From: an uncultured Clostridia bacterium
Lineage (GTDB): Bacteria; Bacillota; Clostridia; UMGS1883
Direction of reading: 5' to 3'
NCBI GenBank assembly: GCA_934454525.1
Contig: CAKSFM010000003.1
Location: 35,278-99,277, forward strand
Length of the DNA: 64,000 bases
Shown: positions 8,328 to 18,024 of the stretch, one piece after another
Position numbering within the stretch: the first letter of the stretch is position 1
Layout: every line of letters begins with the position of its first letter
Program-made: the position numbers and the translations under genes
Notes under the pieces: model-generated
Databases searched by the model: none
The model's input: only the letters and a program-made list of their open reading frames with translations
Told to the model about the DNA's origin: nothing

Positions 8328-9257
8328 TCAGTCTGCAAACATCGGGGTTGAAAGGTATCTGTCACCTGTGTCCGGAAGAAGCGCAACGATCACTTTTCCG
8401 GCATTTTCGGGGCGTTTTGCAAGCTCTGATGCTGCATAAACAGCCGCACCGGATGATATCCCGACAAGCAGACCCTCGCGGTGAGCAAGCAATCTGCCAG
8501 TTTCAAAAGCGTCTTCATTTTCAACGGCAATTATTTCATCATAAATTTTTGTGTTAAGTGTGTCCGGTACAAAGCCGGCGCCTATTCCCTGTATTTTATG
8601 AGGACCGGGCGTTCCCTTTGAAAGAACCGGAGATCCTGCCGGTTCAACAGCAACAATCTTAACATTCGGGTTTTGTGACTTAAGATATTCTCCAACGCCG
8701 GAAAGTGTTCCGCCCGTGCCTACTCCGGCAACAAAAATGTCTACCTTTCCGTCAGTGTCATTCCAAATTTCAGGTCCTGTTGTTTTTATATGTGCCTGCG
8801 GATTTGCAGGATTCACAAACTGACCGGGGATAAAGCTGCCGGGGGTTTCATCAGCAAGCTGCTGCGCCTTTTCAATTGCACCTTTCATTCCTTTCGCACC
8901 CTCGGTTAAAACAAGCTCAGCGCCGTATGCCTTAAGAAGATTTCTGCGTTCAACGCTCATTGTTTCGGGCATTGTAAGAATAATTTTATACCCCTTTGAC
9001 GCTGCCACAGATGCAAGTCCTATGCCTGTGTTACCGCTTGTCGGTTCTATTATAACTGCGCCGGGTTTCAGCAAGCCTTTCTTTTCCGCATCATCAATCA
9101 TCGCAAATGCAATTCTGTCCTTAACGCTTCCGGCAGGATTAAAATATTCAAGCTTTGCAAGAATTTTAGCGGAAAGCTTTTTCTCGTTCTCATAGTTTTT
9201 GAGTTCCAAAAGAGGGGTATTTCCAATTAAGTCAGTTAATTTTTCGTAAACTTTCAT
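8328..9257 (-). CDS. cysK: Cysteine synthase A (O-acetylserine sulfhydrylase)
   Basis: [16 protein letters not shown] (PLP lysine motif), [10 protein letters not shown] and GIGAGFVP blocks. Start at MKVYEKL, after GAAAGGATG. Confidence 0.95.
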   Translation of the reverse strand: MKVYEKLTDLIGNTPLLELKNYENEKKLSAKILAKLEYFNPAGSVKDRIAFAMIDDAEKKGLLKPGAVIIEPTSGNTGIGLASVAASKGYKIILTMPETMSVERRNLLKAYGAELVLTEGAKGMKGAIEKAQQLADETPGSFIPGQFVNPANPQAHIKTTGPEIWNDTDGKVDIFVAGVGTGGTLSGVGEYLKSQNPNVKIVAVEPAGSPVLSKGTPGPHKIQGIGAGFVPDTLNTKIYDEIIAVENEDAFETGRLLAHREGLLVGISSGAAVYAASELAKRPENAGKVIVALLPDTGDRYLSTPMFAD

Positions 9258-9403
9258 TATTAAACATCCTTTCAAAAATAGCTATATTTTAATAAACAAC
9301 CAACCTGTTCAACATCGTTTTTCCGCGCGTAATCCAATCATTGCGCTGCCCCCTTTTTATTTTCTATAATACCTATATGTTTGATATGTTTTGATATGCT
9401 TTG

Positions 9404-9432
9404 ATAATAGCATTAATTTCCGCATTTGTCAA
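9404..9432 (-). promoter_or_regulatory. Sigma-A type promoter for cysK (TTGACA-17-TATTAT)
   Basis: The minus strand reads TTGACAaatgcggaaattaatgcTATTAT, with -35 at 9427-9432 and -10 at 9404-9409. Confidence 0.6.
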
Positions 9433-9505
9433 TACATTTTTCAAAAAAACTGGACTTTTTTTTAAAATGCTGATATAATTAAAGAAAAAATCGGAGATGT
9501 GCGAT

Positions 9506-10198
9506 ATGACCGAACTGCAAAAAAAGCTTTTTTCAATGCAGGATATTAAATACAAAGAATTTCACAGTAAACTTATACCGACCATTAACCCGGACGCTGT
9601 AATCGGTGTGCGCTCGCCGCAGCTTCGCAAGTTAGCGGCAGAAATCAGCAAAGATTCCGGAATTGATTCTTTTTTGCATGAGCTTCCCCATGAGTATTAT
9701 GAAGAAAATAATCTCCATGCATTTATTGTTGCGGGATTCCGCGATTATGATAAAGCGCTTAAGTATACGGAAGATTTTTTGCCGTATATCGATAATTGGG
9801 CAACCTGTGATGCATTTGCACCGAAAGCTTTTGAAAAAAGGCGCGCAGAATTTCTTCCTGTTGTCAAGCGTTGGATCGCCTCCGATAAGGTTTATACGGT
9901 TCGCTACGGAATAGGTATGCTGATGCGCCATTATCTTGACGATGAATATTTTTCTGAGGATTTGCTCGCGCTGGCTGCCGGTATTGAATCAGACGAATAT
10001 TATATAAATATGATGACGGCATGGTATTTTGCTACTGCGCTTGCCAAGCAGTATGACAGTGCAATCAGGTTCATAATTGACAAAAGGCTTCCGGTTTGGA
10101 CGCACAACAAAGCAATCCGGAAAGCAATTGAAAGCAGACGAATTACGCAGGAAACAAAAGAATATTTAAGAACGCAAAGAATCCGCGGAATACGATAA
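9506..10198 (+). CDS. DNA alkylation repair protein (AlkD-like HEAT-repeat family)
   Basis: MTELQKKLFSMQDIKYKEFHSKLIPT...IGVRSPQLRKLA...DNWATCD matches the DNA alkylation repair enzyme family. The second ATG was chosen because it lies 9 nt after GGAG. Confidence 0.8.
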   Translation: MTELQKKLFSMQDIKYKEFHSKLIPTINPDAVIGVRSPQLRKLAAEISKDSGIDSFLHELPHEYYEENNLHAFIVAGFRDYDKALKYTEDFLPYIDNWATCDAFAPKAFEKRRAEFLPVVKRWIASDKVYTVRYGIGMLMRHYLDDEYFSEDLLALAAGIESDEYYINMMTAWYFATALAKQYDSAIRFIIDKRLPVWTHNKAIRKAIESRRITQETKEYLRTQRIRGIR

Positions 10199-10224
10199 AA
10201 CCGCGGATTCTTTGCACTTTTTTC
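10174..10224 (+). terminator. Rho-independent terminator
   Basis: GCAAAGAATCCGCGG-12 nt-CCGCGGATTCTTTGC, a 15-bp perfect stem, followed by ACTTTTTTC. Confidence 0.85.
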
Positions 10225-10244
10225 ATTTTTATCTCTTCGAGAGT

Positions 10245-10970
10245 TTATTCCTCCCAATTGTGGTAGACATTTTGAACATCATCGTTATCATCAAGCATAT
10301 CAATAAGCTTGTTCATATTTTTAATATCGTCCTCTTCGGTAAGCTCAACCATTGTCTGCGGAATCATCTGCACCTCAGCGGTAAGGAAACTATATCCTTT
10401 TTCTTCAAGCGCTTCACGAACCGAAGAAAAACTTTCGGGCGATGTTAAAACTTCATAAACATCATCGTTTGAAGTGAAATCATCTGCCCCGCAGTCAAGA
10501 GCATCCATCATCACTGCATCTTCATCGCTATGCTCTTCGGCGTTTATAATGATAACTCCGCGTTTGTCAAACATAAAGCTTACGCAGCCTGTCTGACCGA
10601 GATTTCCGCCGTATTTATCAAAATAATGACGCATATCGGCAGCCGTTCTGTTACGATTATTTGTAAGCGTTTCAACAATTACGGCAACACCCTTGGGTCC
10701 GTAGCCTTCATAGGTGATCTCTTCATAATCATTGCCGCTACCCTCACCTGCCGCCTTTGCGATGCATCGGGAAATATTATCGTTCGGCATATTATTTGAA
10801 CGAGCCTTTGCAATAGCGTCGCGCAATTTTCCGTTGCTGTCCGGGTTAGGACCGCCCGCCTTAACGATTACGGCAATTTCACGCCCGAGCTTAGTGAAAA
10901 TTTTCGCGCGCTGTGCGTCTGACTTCTCTTTTTTGTTCTTAATATTATTCCACTTGGAATGTCCTGACAT
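10245..10970 (-). CDS. YebC/PmpR family DNA-binding transcriptional regulator
   Basis: [32 protein letters not shown] is the canonical YebC N-terminus. Confidence 0.95.
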   Translation of the reverse strand: MSGHSKWNNIKNKKEKSDAQRAKIFTKLGREIAVIVKAGGPNPDSNGKLRDAIAKARSNNMPNDNISRCIAKAAGEGSGNDYEEITYEGYGPKGVAVIVETLTNNRNRTAADMRHYFDKYGGNLGQTGCVSFMFDKRGVIIINAEEHSDEDAVMMDALDCGADDFTSNDDVYEVLTSPESFSSVREALEEKGYSFLTAEVQMIPQTMVELTEEDDIKNMNKLIDMLDDNDDVQNVYHNWEE

Positions 10971-10994
10971 ATTTACACCTCAAATATATAATAA

Positions 10995-11630
10995 TTAGAT
11001 TACGCGCCGTGCCGTTACATAATGATTAACATAATACGACGATGTAATATTATCCGTTACAACTCCGCGCGCAGTTGTTGCCGCATGAACAAATTTGTTA
11101 TCGCCTATGTATATTCCAACGTGGTTTATAACACGATCGCTTCTGTTTGAAAAGAAAACAAGGTCGCCCATGGCAAGATTTTCTTTTTCGACATATACGC
11201 CGGCATTTCCCTGCGAAACTGACGTTCTCGGCAGCGATACGCCATGCTGCTTGTACACATACGATGTTAATCCGCTGCAGTCAAACGCTCCGGGACCGGA
11301 CGCCCCGTAAGAATATGCACACCCTACATACTGCACCGCGGCAGCCGCAACCGATGCACCAACCGAGGACTGCGCCTTTTTAACATAGTGTTTGTTTACG
11401 AAGCCTGTAACACCGTTTGACATACGAATGTTATACCAGCCGTTGTCAGCATATATAACCTCAAGCTTTTCGCCGCGCGGAAGCTTGTCCACGATTTCAC
11501 ACTCAGTGTTCGGTGAAACACGCACATTAAGAATATTACAGTCTACATAAAGATATTCTGCTGCGGATGCGTTTAAACCAAACGCACTTATGCAGATTAT
11601 TGCGATAAAAGCAGATAATGTTCTTTTCAT
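10995..11630 (-). CDS. SH3b plus NlpC/P60 peptidoglycan endopeptidase (secreted)
   Basis: Signal peptide MKRTLSAFIAIICISAFGLNASA, an SH3-like LNVRVSPN region, and the NlpC/P60 catalytic block FDCSGLTSYVY...HVGIYIG. Confidence 0.9.
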   Translation of the reverse strand: MKRTLSAFIAIICISAFGLNASAAEYLYVDCNILNVRVSPNTECEIVDKLPRGEKLEVIYADNGWYNIRMSNGVTGFVNKHYVKKAQSSVGASVAAAAVQYVGCAYSYGASGPGAFDCSGLTSYVYKQHGVSLPRTSVSQGNAGVYVEKENLAMGDLVFFSNRSDRVINHVGIYIGDNKFVHAATTARGVVTDNITSSYYVNHYVTARRVI

Positions 11631-11854
11631 AATATACCCCCGACCAATATCAAGTACTATTGTACAACATACGGAGGCAAATGTCAAACTTTTTTAATAA
11701 GTTTTTCACAAAAACAAACTGTTTTATTATAATTTTGTGATTATTAAAACACAAACGCGTAATTTTTGCCTATATTCCGCGTTTTTATATTAAGCAAATT
11801 TTAAAAACATTTTTATATTTTTAACAAATTACTCGCTTTTTGATTTTTAAGCCG

Positions 11855-11885
11855 TAAAAAGTGCCGCAACATTTTGTTGCGGCAC
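11855..11885 (-). terminator. Rho-independent terminator of the zinc-ribbon gene
   Basis: The minus strand reads GTGCCGCAAC-aaaat-GTTGCGGCAC followed by TTTTT. Confidence 0.85.
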
Positions 11886-11922
11886 TTTGTGCCAGTCAGC
11901 AGATAACCTCTAAGTAAGAAGA

Positions 11923-12192
11923 TTACTTGTTTTTAGCAAAGCATTCGCTGCAGTAAATAGGTCTGTCATTCTTGGGAATGAACGGAACCTTTGCTTCACC
12001 GCCGCAAGCAGCGCAAACTGCTGTATACATCTCTCTGTTCTCTCTGAGAGCAGCTTTCTTTGCAGCTCTGCATTCCTTACATCTCTGGGGTTCATTCTGG
12101 AATCCCTTTTCAGCGTAAAATTCCTGCTCGCCTGCTGTGAACACGAATTCCTGTCCGCAATCTTTGCAGACGAGTGTCTTGTCTTCGTACAT
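11923..12192 (-). CDS. Zinc-ribbon (paired CxxC) domain protein
   Basis: 89 aa with CKDCG...CKEC and CAACG...CSEC pairs, the conserved small Firmicutes zinc-ribbon family. Confidence 0.8.
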   Translation of the reverse strand: MYEDKTLVCKDCGQEFVFTAGEQEFYAEKGFQNEPQRCKECRAAKKAALRENREMYTAVCAACGGEAKVPFIPKNDRPIYCSECFAKNK

Positions 12193-12272
12193 TTTCGATC
12201 TCCTTATCTTAGCAATAAAATATTTTACCCTTGCGGTTCATGTGCCGTTACAGGGCATATAACAAAATAAAA

Positions 12273-12346
12273 TGGAGCGGGTGACGGGAATCGAACCCGC
12301 GTTGCCTGCTTGGGAAGCAGGTACTCTGCCATTGAGCTACACCCGC
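12273..12346 (-). tRNA. tRNA-Gly (anticodon CCC), CCA encoded
   Basis: The reverse complement is GCGGGTGTAGCTCAATGGCAGAGTACCTGCTTCCCAAGCAGGCAACGCGGGTTCGATTCCCGTCACCCGCTCCA. It folds as a cloverleaf with a 7-bp acceptor stem, anticodon loop TTCCCAA, and a GGTTCGATTCC T-arm. Confidence 0.95.
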
Positions 12347-12358
12347 AGACAGCCTTGG

Positions 12359-12982
12359 CTACAGCGAAATCCTTTCAATTTTTTTCCTGATGCGCTGTAT
12401 TGCGTTATCTACGGATTTGGAATCCTTTCCGATAGCTTTGCCGATGCTTAAATAACTGTTTCCCTGCAGATAAAGTGATAAAACGCGCAATTCAAACCTC
12501 GAAAGCACCTCACTCACCTTAACCTCAAGGCAGTCAGCTTTCTCTTTGTTTATCACAATGTCCTCAGGATTCGCCGTTTCGTTTCCGCCGAAAACGTCTG
12601 CCAGCTCGGACTCACCGTCTGACTCGGCAATCGGTTTATTCAGCGAAACATAGAAATTAAGCGGCGCGTGCTTTTGGCGAAGCGCATTTTTAACAGCCGT
12701 GAGCATCTGCCGTGTGACGCACATATCGGCGAATGTTTTAAACGACGCTTCTCTCCCGGGGTCAAAATCCCGGACAGCCTTAAAAAGCCCGATCATCCCT
12801 TCCTGGATAATGTCGTCTCTGTCCGCGCCGATAATGTAGTACGAAGATGACTTTTTACGCACAAGAACACGATACTTGTCCAACAGATAATCAAACGCTC
12901 TGTCATTACCGCCCTGCGCAAGAGCGGCAAGCTTTTCATCAGTGAACGAGGCAAAGCTTTCAACAGAATGAGAATTATTCAT
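12359..12982 (-). CDS. sigH: RNA polymerase sporulation sigma factor SigH
   Basis: DIIQEGMIGLFKAVRDFD...SFKTFADMCVTRQMLTAVKNALRQKHAPLNFYVSLN matches the Spo0H/SigH signature region. Confidence 0.85.
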   Translation of the reverse strand: MNNSHSVESFASFTDEKLAALAQGGNDRAFDYLLDKYRVLVRKKSSSYYIIGADRDDIIQEGMIGLFKAVRDFDPGREASFKTFADMCVTRQMLTAVKNALRQKHAPLNFYVSLNKPIAESDGESELADVFGGNETANPEDIVINKEKADCLEVKVSEVLSRFELRVLSLYLQGNSYLSIGKAIGKDSKSVDNAIQRIRKKIERISL

Positions 12983-13101
12983 TGTTGTGCCTCCATTCTA
13001 TATTAATATAACATCTAAAACATGGATTGTCAAGTGTTTATCGGATTAAAATATGCATTTTATATAGTTTTTTTAGTATTTTTTTGCAGCAATTTGTATT
13101 A

Positions 13102-15042
13102 TTAATGCAAATTCTCAATTTCATCAAGCCATGCGGCTGCCGAAGCGTCTGACGGCATTCTCCAGTCACCGCGCGGAGAAAGGCAGATACTGCCGATTTT
13201 CACGCCGTCCGGAAGACAGCTGCGTTTAAACTGCTGTGTGAAAAACCTTTTGAAAAATACCTTAAGCCATTTTAAAATAACCTCGTCCGTGAAATCGTTT
13301 CCGAAAGCGCGCTTTGCAAGCACATATGTTTTCGCCGGCGAAAAGCCGAAACGGACTGTGTAATACAGAAAGAAATCATGCAATGAATAAGGTCCGACAA
13401 TATCCTCCGTTTGCTGCGATATTTTTCCGGACGCATCCGGCGGCAGAAGCTCGGGACTTATCGGAGTATCGATTATATCGCGCAGCACCGCCGTGCTTTC
13501 GGGGAAAATATCGGCGTCGGCAACGCTTTCAATCATCCAGCGGACAAGCGTTTTCGGTACGCCCGAATTAACGCCGTACATGCTCATATGATCTGCATTG
13601 TATGTGCACCAGCCGAGCGCAAGCTCACTCAAATCGCCCGTACCGACAACAAATCCTCCGATTTTCCCGGCGTAATCCATAAGCACCTGAGTTCTTTCCC
13701 TTGCCTGACAGTTTTCATATGTTACGTCATAATTATCGGGGTTCTGCCCTATATCTTTAAAGTGAAGGCTGCAAGCCTCTCTGATACTGATTTCCTTTTG
13801 TGTTACGCCGAGAGTTCTCATAAGTTCGAGCGAATTATTGTATGTTCTGTCGGTTGTTCCGAAGCACGGCATTGTTATGCCTGTAACATCGCTTACAGGG
13901 TTTCCGACGCGCTTTTCCGCAGCGGCGCACACAAGAAGGGCAAGCGTTGAATCCAGTCCTCCCGAAACACCGACAACAAGCTTATTTCCGGCAACACTCA
14001 TGCGCTTGCAAAGAGCCGCCGACTGCATTTCGAAAATATCCGAGCAGCGCTTCATCCTGTCCGAATGAGCTTGCGGCACAAACGGCAGCTTGCTGATTTT
14101 CGCAAGCGAGCCGTCGGAGCGGCAGGTGTGAGGAATGTTGATCGTATGGCAATACGGTTTATATAAATTTGCAGAATCAATAAATGTGGTATTTCTTCTT
14201 CTGTCTGCGCGAATCTTACCAAGGTCTAAATCGGCAAGCATCAAATAATCATCAGCTGTTTTATGCTCGCTTTCGCATATAACGGAGCCATTCTCGGCAA
14301 TCAGACTGTGTCCCGAAAAGATAAGGTCTGTGCTCGACTCGCTGCTCCCGGCAGAGGTGTAAACATATCCGGCAATAAGGCGCGCCGACTGCTGCTCGAC
14401 AAGCGAGCGGCGGTACTCATGTTTTGAAATCGTTTCATTGCTTGCCGAAAGATTGACGATAAGCTCCGCGCCGTCCAATGCACTGAAGCACGACGGCGGA
14501 ATCGGAGACCATAAATCCTCGCATATTTCAACACTGAATCCGGTTCCGTCTTTCATGGCAAAAACAGGCTTCGGTGCAAAAGGAATATTATACTCCTCTT
14601 CGAAATCAAAAACGCTTGATGACATTGACGTCCCCGGCATATTTTCACCCGGCACAAACCACCGTTTCTCATAAAACTCGCCATAGTTCGGAATCATAGT
14701 TTTCGGGATAATTCCGTAAATTTCTCCCTTGTAAATTGTAATAGCACAGTTATATGGGCGATTGTCAGCTGTAACGGGTGCGCCGACAACGGCTATTGAA
14801 CCGAGATTTTTGCTGACCTTGCATATTTTTGCAACGGATTTTTTCACGCCGTTCCACAGCGCCGACTGAAAGAACAAATCTCCGCAGGTGTAGCCCGTTA
14901 TGCAAAGCTCGGGGAAAACAACTATGTCCGCTCCTTCCCTGTCCGCCTGTATATATTTCTTTATAATTTCCTCCGTGTTAAAATCCGTGTTTCCGACAGA
15001 AACCTTCGGAACAGCGCTTGCAACGCGAATATAATCAAACAT
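13102..15042 (-). CDS. nadE: Glutamine-dependent NAD+ synthetase (CN-hydrolase plus NAD synthase domains)
   Basis: N-terminal nitrilase-type domain (FPELCITGYTCGDLF, EICEDLW) and the C-terminal PP-loop VVGVSGGLDS. Start at MFDYIRV, after GGAGG. Confidence 0.9.
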   Translation of the reverse strand: MFDYIRVASAVPKVSVGNTDFNTEEIIKKYIQADREGADIVVFPELCITGYTCGDLFFQSALWNGVKKSVAKICKVSKNLGSIAVVGAPVTADNRPYNCAITIYKGEIYGIIPKTMIPNYGEFYEKRWFVPGENMPGTSMSSSVFDFEEEYNIPFAPKPVFAMKDGTGFSVEICEDLWSPIPPSCFSALDGAELIVNLSASNETISKHEYRRSLVEQQSARLIAGYVYTSAGSSESSTDLIFSGHSLIAENGSVICESEHKTADDYLMLADLDLGKIRADRRRNTTFIDSANLYKPYCHTINIPHTCRSDGSLAKISKLPFVPQAHSDRMKRCSDIFEMQSAALCKRMSVAGNKLVVGVSGGLDSTLALLVCAAAEKRVGNPVSDVTGITMPCFGTTDRTYNNSLELMRTLGVTQKEISIREACSLHFKDIGQNPDNYDVTYENCQARERTQVLMDYAGKIGGFVVGTGDLSELALGWCTYNADHMSMYGVNSGVPKTLVRWMIESVADADIFPESTAVLRDIIDTPISPELLPPDASGKISQQTEDIVGPYSLHDFFLYYTVRFGFSPAKTYVLAKRAFGNDFTDEVILKWLKVFFKRFFTQQFKRSCLPDGVKIGSICLSPRGDWRMPSDASAAAWLDEIENLH

Positions 15043-15058
15043 ATTAATCCTCCGTCCG

Positions 15059-15700
15059 TTAAAGAAGCTCTTCAAAGCTCCGTATATATAAACTGCATAT
15101 TTTTTTCATTTCATCAGCATATGCCCTGCCGCGGTCATCATACACGCCGCACACAGCCATTTTTGCCGCCGCGGCACTCCGCGCCGCCTCCAAAACATCC
15201 TCAAACGCCATACATTCCTGCGGAGATACGTCGGTTTTTTCCGCTGCAAGTATGTAAACATCGGGTTCTGTTTTACCTCTCCCTATTTCGCATGTTCCGG
15301 TAAATGAATCAAAATACTCAAAAATACCGTTATTTTTAAGGACAGGTTCATACAGAAAACGCGGCGAGCTTGTGCATAAAGCGATTTTCACACCGTTTTT
15401 CTTTAGCTTGTGCAGATACTCATATACTCCGCTTTTAAGGCGAATGTTATTTGAATATTCATATATCGACATTTCCGTCCACTCATCCATGAGCTGCCGC
15501 GGCGTTTCGGTCAGTCCGAATCGTTCCCTTGTATATACTGCGGTTTCCGCAAATGTCATCGGCGCGATTATATCGACATAATCATCCGGCAGCGGAATTC
15601 CGCGTTTCTTTTCGAGAAAATCGTGATCGATTTTTTCCCAAACTCCGAGGGAATCTATCAATGTTCCGTCAAGGTCAAAAACTGCGGCTTTAAAATTCAT
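15059..15700 (-). CDS. HAD family hydrolase (beta-phosphoglucomutase-like subfamily IA)
   Basis: Motif I is AAVFDLDGTLIDS. Other HAD motifs are present (LCTSS, FEDVLEA). Confidence 0.85.
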   Translation of the reverse strand: MNFKAAVFDLDGTLIDSLGVWEKIDHDFLEKKRGIPLPDDYVDIIAPMTFAETAVYTRERFGLTETPRQLMDEWTEMSIYEYSNNIRLKSGVYEYLHKLKKNGVKIALCTSSPRFLYEPVLKNNGIFEYFDSFTGTCEIGRGKTEPDVYILAAEKTDVSPQECMAFEDVLEAARSAAAAKMAVCGVYDDRGRAYADEMKKICSLYIRSFEELL

Positions 15701-15794
15701 TACAAACACTCCCTCGCAAAGCATAACCGATGCTGCCCGAATACTTCATCACAGCAGCCGGGCATTAAGTTATTTTTAACACGGCGCAATTGTT

Positions 15795-17894
15795 TCATTG
15801 CCCGAAATCGAATACGGCACGGCCGTTTTCAAGCTTAAGATATGCAGAAAACAGTTTGCCCGTTTTTTTTGAAACAAAGCCCTCAATTTTACTTGTTTTC
15901 CCTGTTTCCAAAAGGCTTTTCACGTTCTTCAGCGATATTACCCGTCCTAAAATTATGTTACTCAGTGCAAATTTGCAGCCGTTTTTATATCCCGAGCAGC
16001 CGTATCCGAACTTTGTTCTGCGCACAGATTCGCCGCACAGCGGACATTTGCCGGCTTCGTCACCGACAAATCCGTCATCAGCGTCAGTTTCCGGCGGAAG
16101 CTCTTTTTTTCTGAAAACACCTGCAATTTCATTTTTTGCAAGCTCAACGCTGTCGTCAACAGTGATTTCTCCGCGGAATACTTTTTTCAGTGATTGACCA
16201 AGCAGCGAGGTTTTATATTTATCCATGCTTATTTCCATGCGTGAAAGCGATTCTATAAGCTGTTCTCCGGCCGGAAGAATCGTGTAAACATCTTTTTTCA
16301 GCTGTATGTAAAGGCTTTTGCGCGCATTGTCGATAATCCCTGTCCGCGTTGCCTCAGTTCCGAGCTCAAGACCTTCAAACATAGCGCGGTATTCCGCTTC
16401 TTCATCCTCCGTTTCAGCATTTGCCTTATCCTCACGGAACGGATTTTTTAAATAGTTGTTAAGCGTTTCTATCGTATAGTGCCGCGGCGGAGTCGTTTCC
16501 TTTTCTTTAGGCGCAAAGTTTACTTCAAGCACATCGCCCTTTTCAAGCGGCGGAAGTATTTTATCTTTTTTTGTATAATCATCGTATTTCGTCCACCCCG
16601 GTGAAAGAATTACTGTACCCTTTAATGTGAATTCTTCCAAGCCGCCGACATCTATCTTTATTTCATTTTTTTCAGCAAGACATTCCTCACTGCAAAAAAC
16701 TGCTGCGAATCGGCGCATAATCGCTGAATATACCTTTAATTCGTTTTCCGTAAGCGCATTTTTATCCGGTATTTTATATGTCGGCGTAAGAGCCGAATGT
16801 GATTCAATTTTGCTGTCGTCAAAAATTGTTTTGCTGTGGCGGAATTTAAGCGGATAGCCGAGTTTTGCCGCTGCCGCGATAACTTTTTTCACCTTATCCT
16901 GCTCCGCTTCGGCAAGGTATTCGGAGTTGGTTCTCGGGTAAGTGACATACCCTTTTTCATATAAATCCTGAAGTGTTTTCAGGCTTTCCTCCATCGGCAT
17001 TTTATATTTCTTTCCGAGCACATTCTGAAGCTTCGTAAGCGAGTAGAGCTTTCCGGGGGAAAGCGTGTCTTTCTTTTTCTTTTTTGATATAACAACCGCT
17101 TTCGCGGAATTGTAAGCGTCACAAAGCTCCTGCGCTTTTGCAAGCTCGTTCTTGCTGAATTTCTTTTTGCTTGTAAGCTCAAGAACGCCGTTTTCTCCGG
17201 TTTTGCTGACAATGGCATAATAAACATCCGGAACGAAATGCCTTATCTCCATATCTCTGTCATAAACCGCCTTGACAATCGGAACAATAACCCTGCCGAC
17301 GCGCATAAGCGTACCCGTTTTCAGCGATGCATACCGCGTCAGATTAACTCCGTAAAGCCAGTCAACAAATGTCCTCGCATACCCCTCACGCGCAAGATTG
17401 TCATACTCCGCTTCATCGTGCAGATTTGCAAGTCCGCCGAGAATGGTTTCACTCGTCTGATCCGGCATCCAAAGCCGTTTAAGATTCTTTTGTGCAACTC
17501 CGGTTTTCTCAACGCAGGTTCTGATAATTATTTCACCCTCACGGTCAGAGTCGCCAGCATTAACTATAGTATCAACGTCCGGACGCAGGCAAAGTGCCTT
17601 TATTGTTTCAAACTGCCGCACAACGCCCGAATCGTTCTGCCTGTTTTTATCTTTTTTAAGCTCAAACTCAAATTTTTCGGGAAAGCACGGTAAATTTCCG
17701 ATACTCCAGAAGCGCGTTCTTTTTTCCTCCGGAAGATAGTGCTCAACATCGGCAAGCGAAAATAAATGCCCGAACGCCCATGTTACAAGATATTTATCAT
17801 TTTCAAAATATGCACCGTTCTTCTTCATTCCGCCGATTGACGACGCAATGTTTCGCGCAAGGCTCGGTTTTTCCGCAATTATCAGAATCATCAT
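15795..17894 (-). CDS. topB: DNA topoisomerase III (type IA) with C-terminal zinc ribbons
   Basis: Toprim domain start MILIIAEKPS, GDSDREGE, the active-site region GYVTYPRTNSEYL, and C-terminal CPLCG...CSGYKNGCKF. Confidence 0.9.
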   Translation of the reverse strand: MMILIIAEKPSLARNIASSIGGMKKNGAYFENDKYLVTWAFGHLFSLADVEHYLPEEKRTRFWSIGNLPCFPEKFEFELKKDKNRQNDSGVVRQFETIKALCLRPDVDTIVNAGDSDREGEIIIRTCVEKTGVAQKNLKRLWMPDQTSETILGGLANLHDEAEYDNLAREGYARTFVDWLYGVNLTRYASLKTGTLMRVGRVIVPIVKAVYDRDMEIRHFVPDVYYAIVSKTGENGVLELTSKKKFSKNELAKAQELCDAYNSAKAVVISKKKKKDTLSPGKLYSLTKLQNVLGKKYKMPMEESLKTLQDLYEKGYVTYPRTNSEYLAEAEQDKVKKVIAAAAKLGYPLKFRHSKTIFDDSKIESHSALTPTYKIPDKNALTENELKVYSAIMRRFAAVFCSEECLAEKNEIKIDVGGLEEFTLKGTVILSPGWTKYDDYTKKDKILPPLEKGDVLEVNFAPKEKETTPPRHYTIETLNNYLKNPFREDKANAETEDEEAEYRAMFEGLELGTEATRTGIIDNARKSLYIQLKKDVYTILPAGEQLIESLSRMEISMDKYKTSLLGQSLKKVFRGEITVDDSVELAKNEIAGVFRKKELPPETDADDGFVGDEAGKCPLCGESVRRTKFGYGCSGYKNGCKFALSNIILGRVISLKNVKSLLETGKTSKIEGFVSKKTGKLFSAYLKLENGRAVFDFGQ

Positions 17895-17960
17895 GCTGCT
17901 CCCCTTTTGTAACTGTGAATATTTTACCACATTTTATTCTTTTGTCAATAGTTAAAAACG

Positions 17961-17990
17961 TTGACAAAGGGAACATAACCGCGGTATAAT
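17961..17990 (+). promoter_or_regulatory. Sigma-A type promoter (TTGACA-18-TATAAT) for the methyltransferase gene
   Basis: TTGACA at 17961-17966 and TATAAT at 17985-17990. An oppositely oriented TTGACA (17943-17948, minus strand) with TAAAAT (17921-17926) could serve topB. Confidence 0.5.
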
Positions 17991-18024
17991 AAAAAAGTAA
18001 ATTTTTCTGAAAGGAATCACAAGC

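Noticed and set aside
9361-9420. Short tandem repeats near cysK, considered as a possible mini-CRISPR or minisatellite.
   Set aside because: There are only three 10-bp units with no spacers and no cas genes. They are better explained as promoter or operator repeats and are reported as such.
13314-14674. Antisense ORFs inside nadE (e.g. 13411..13950, 179 aa).
   Set aside because: They have no RBS and arginine/proline-rich nonsense composition. The opposite strand carries unambiguous NAD synthetase motifs.
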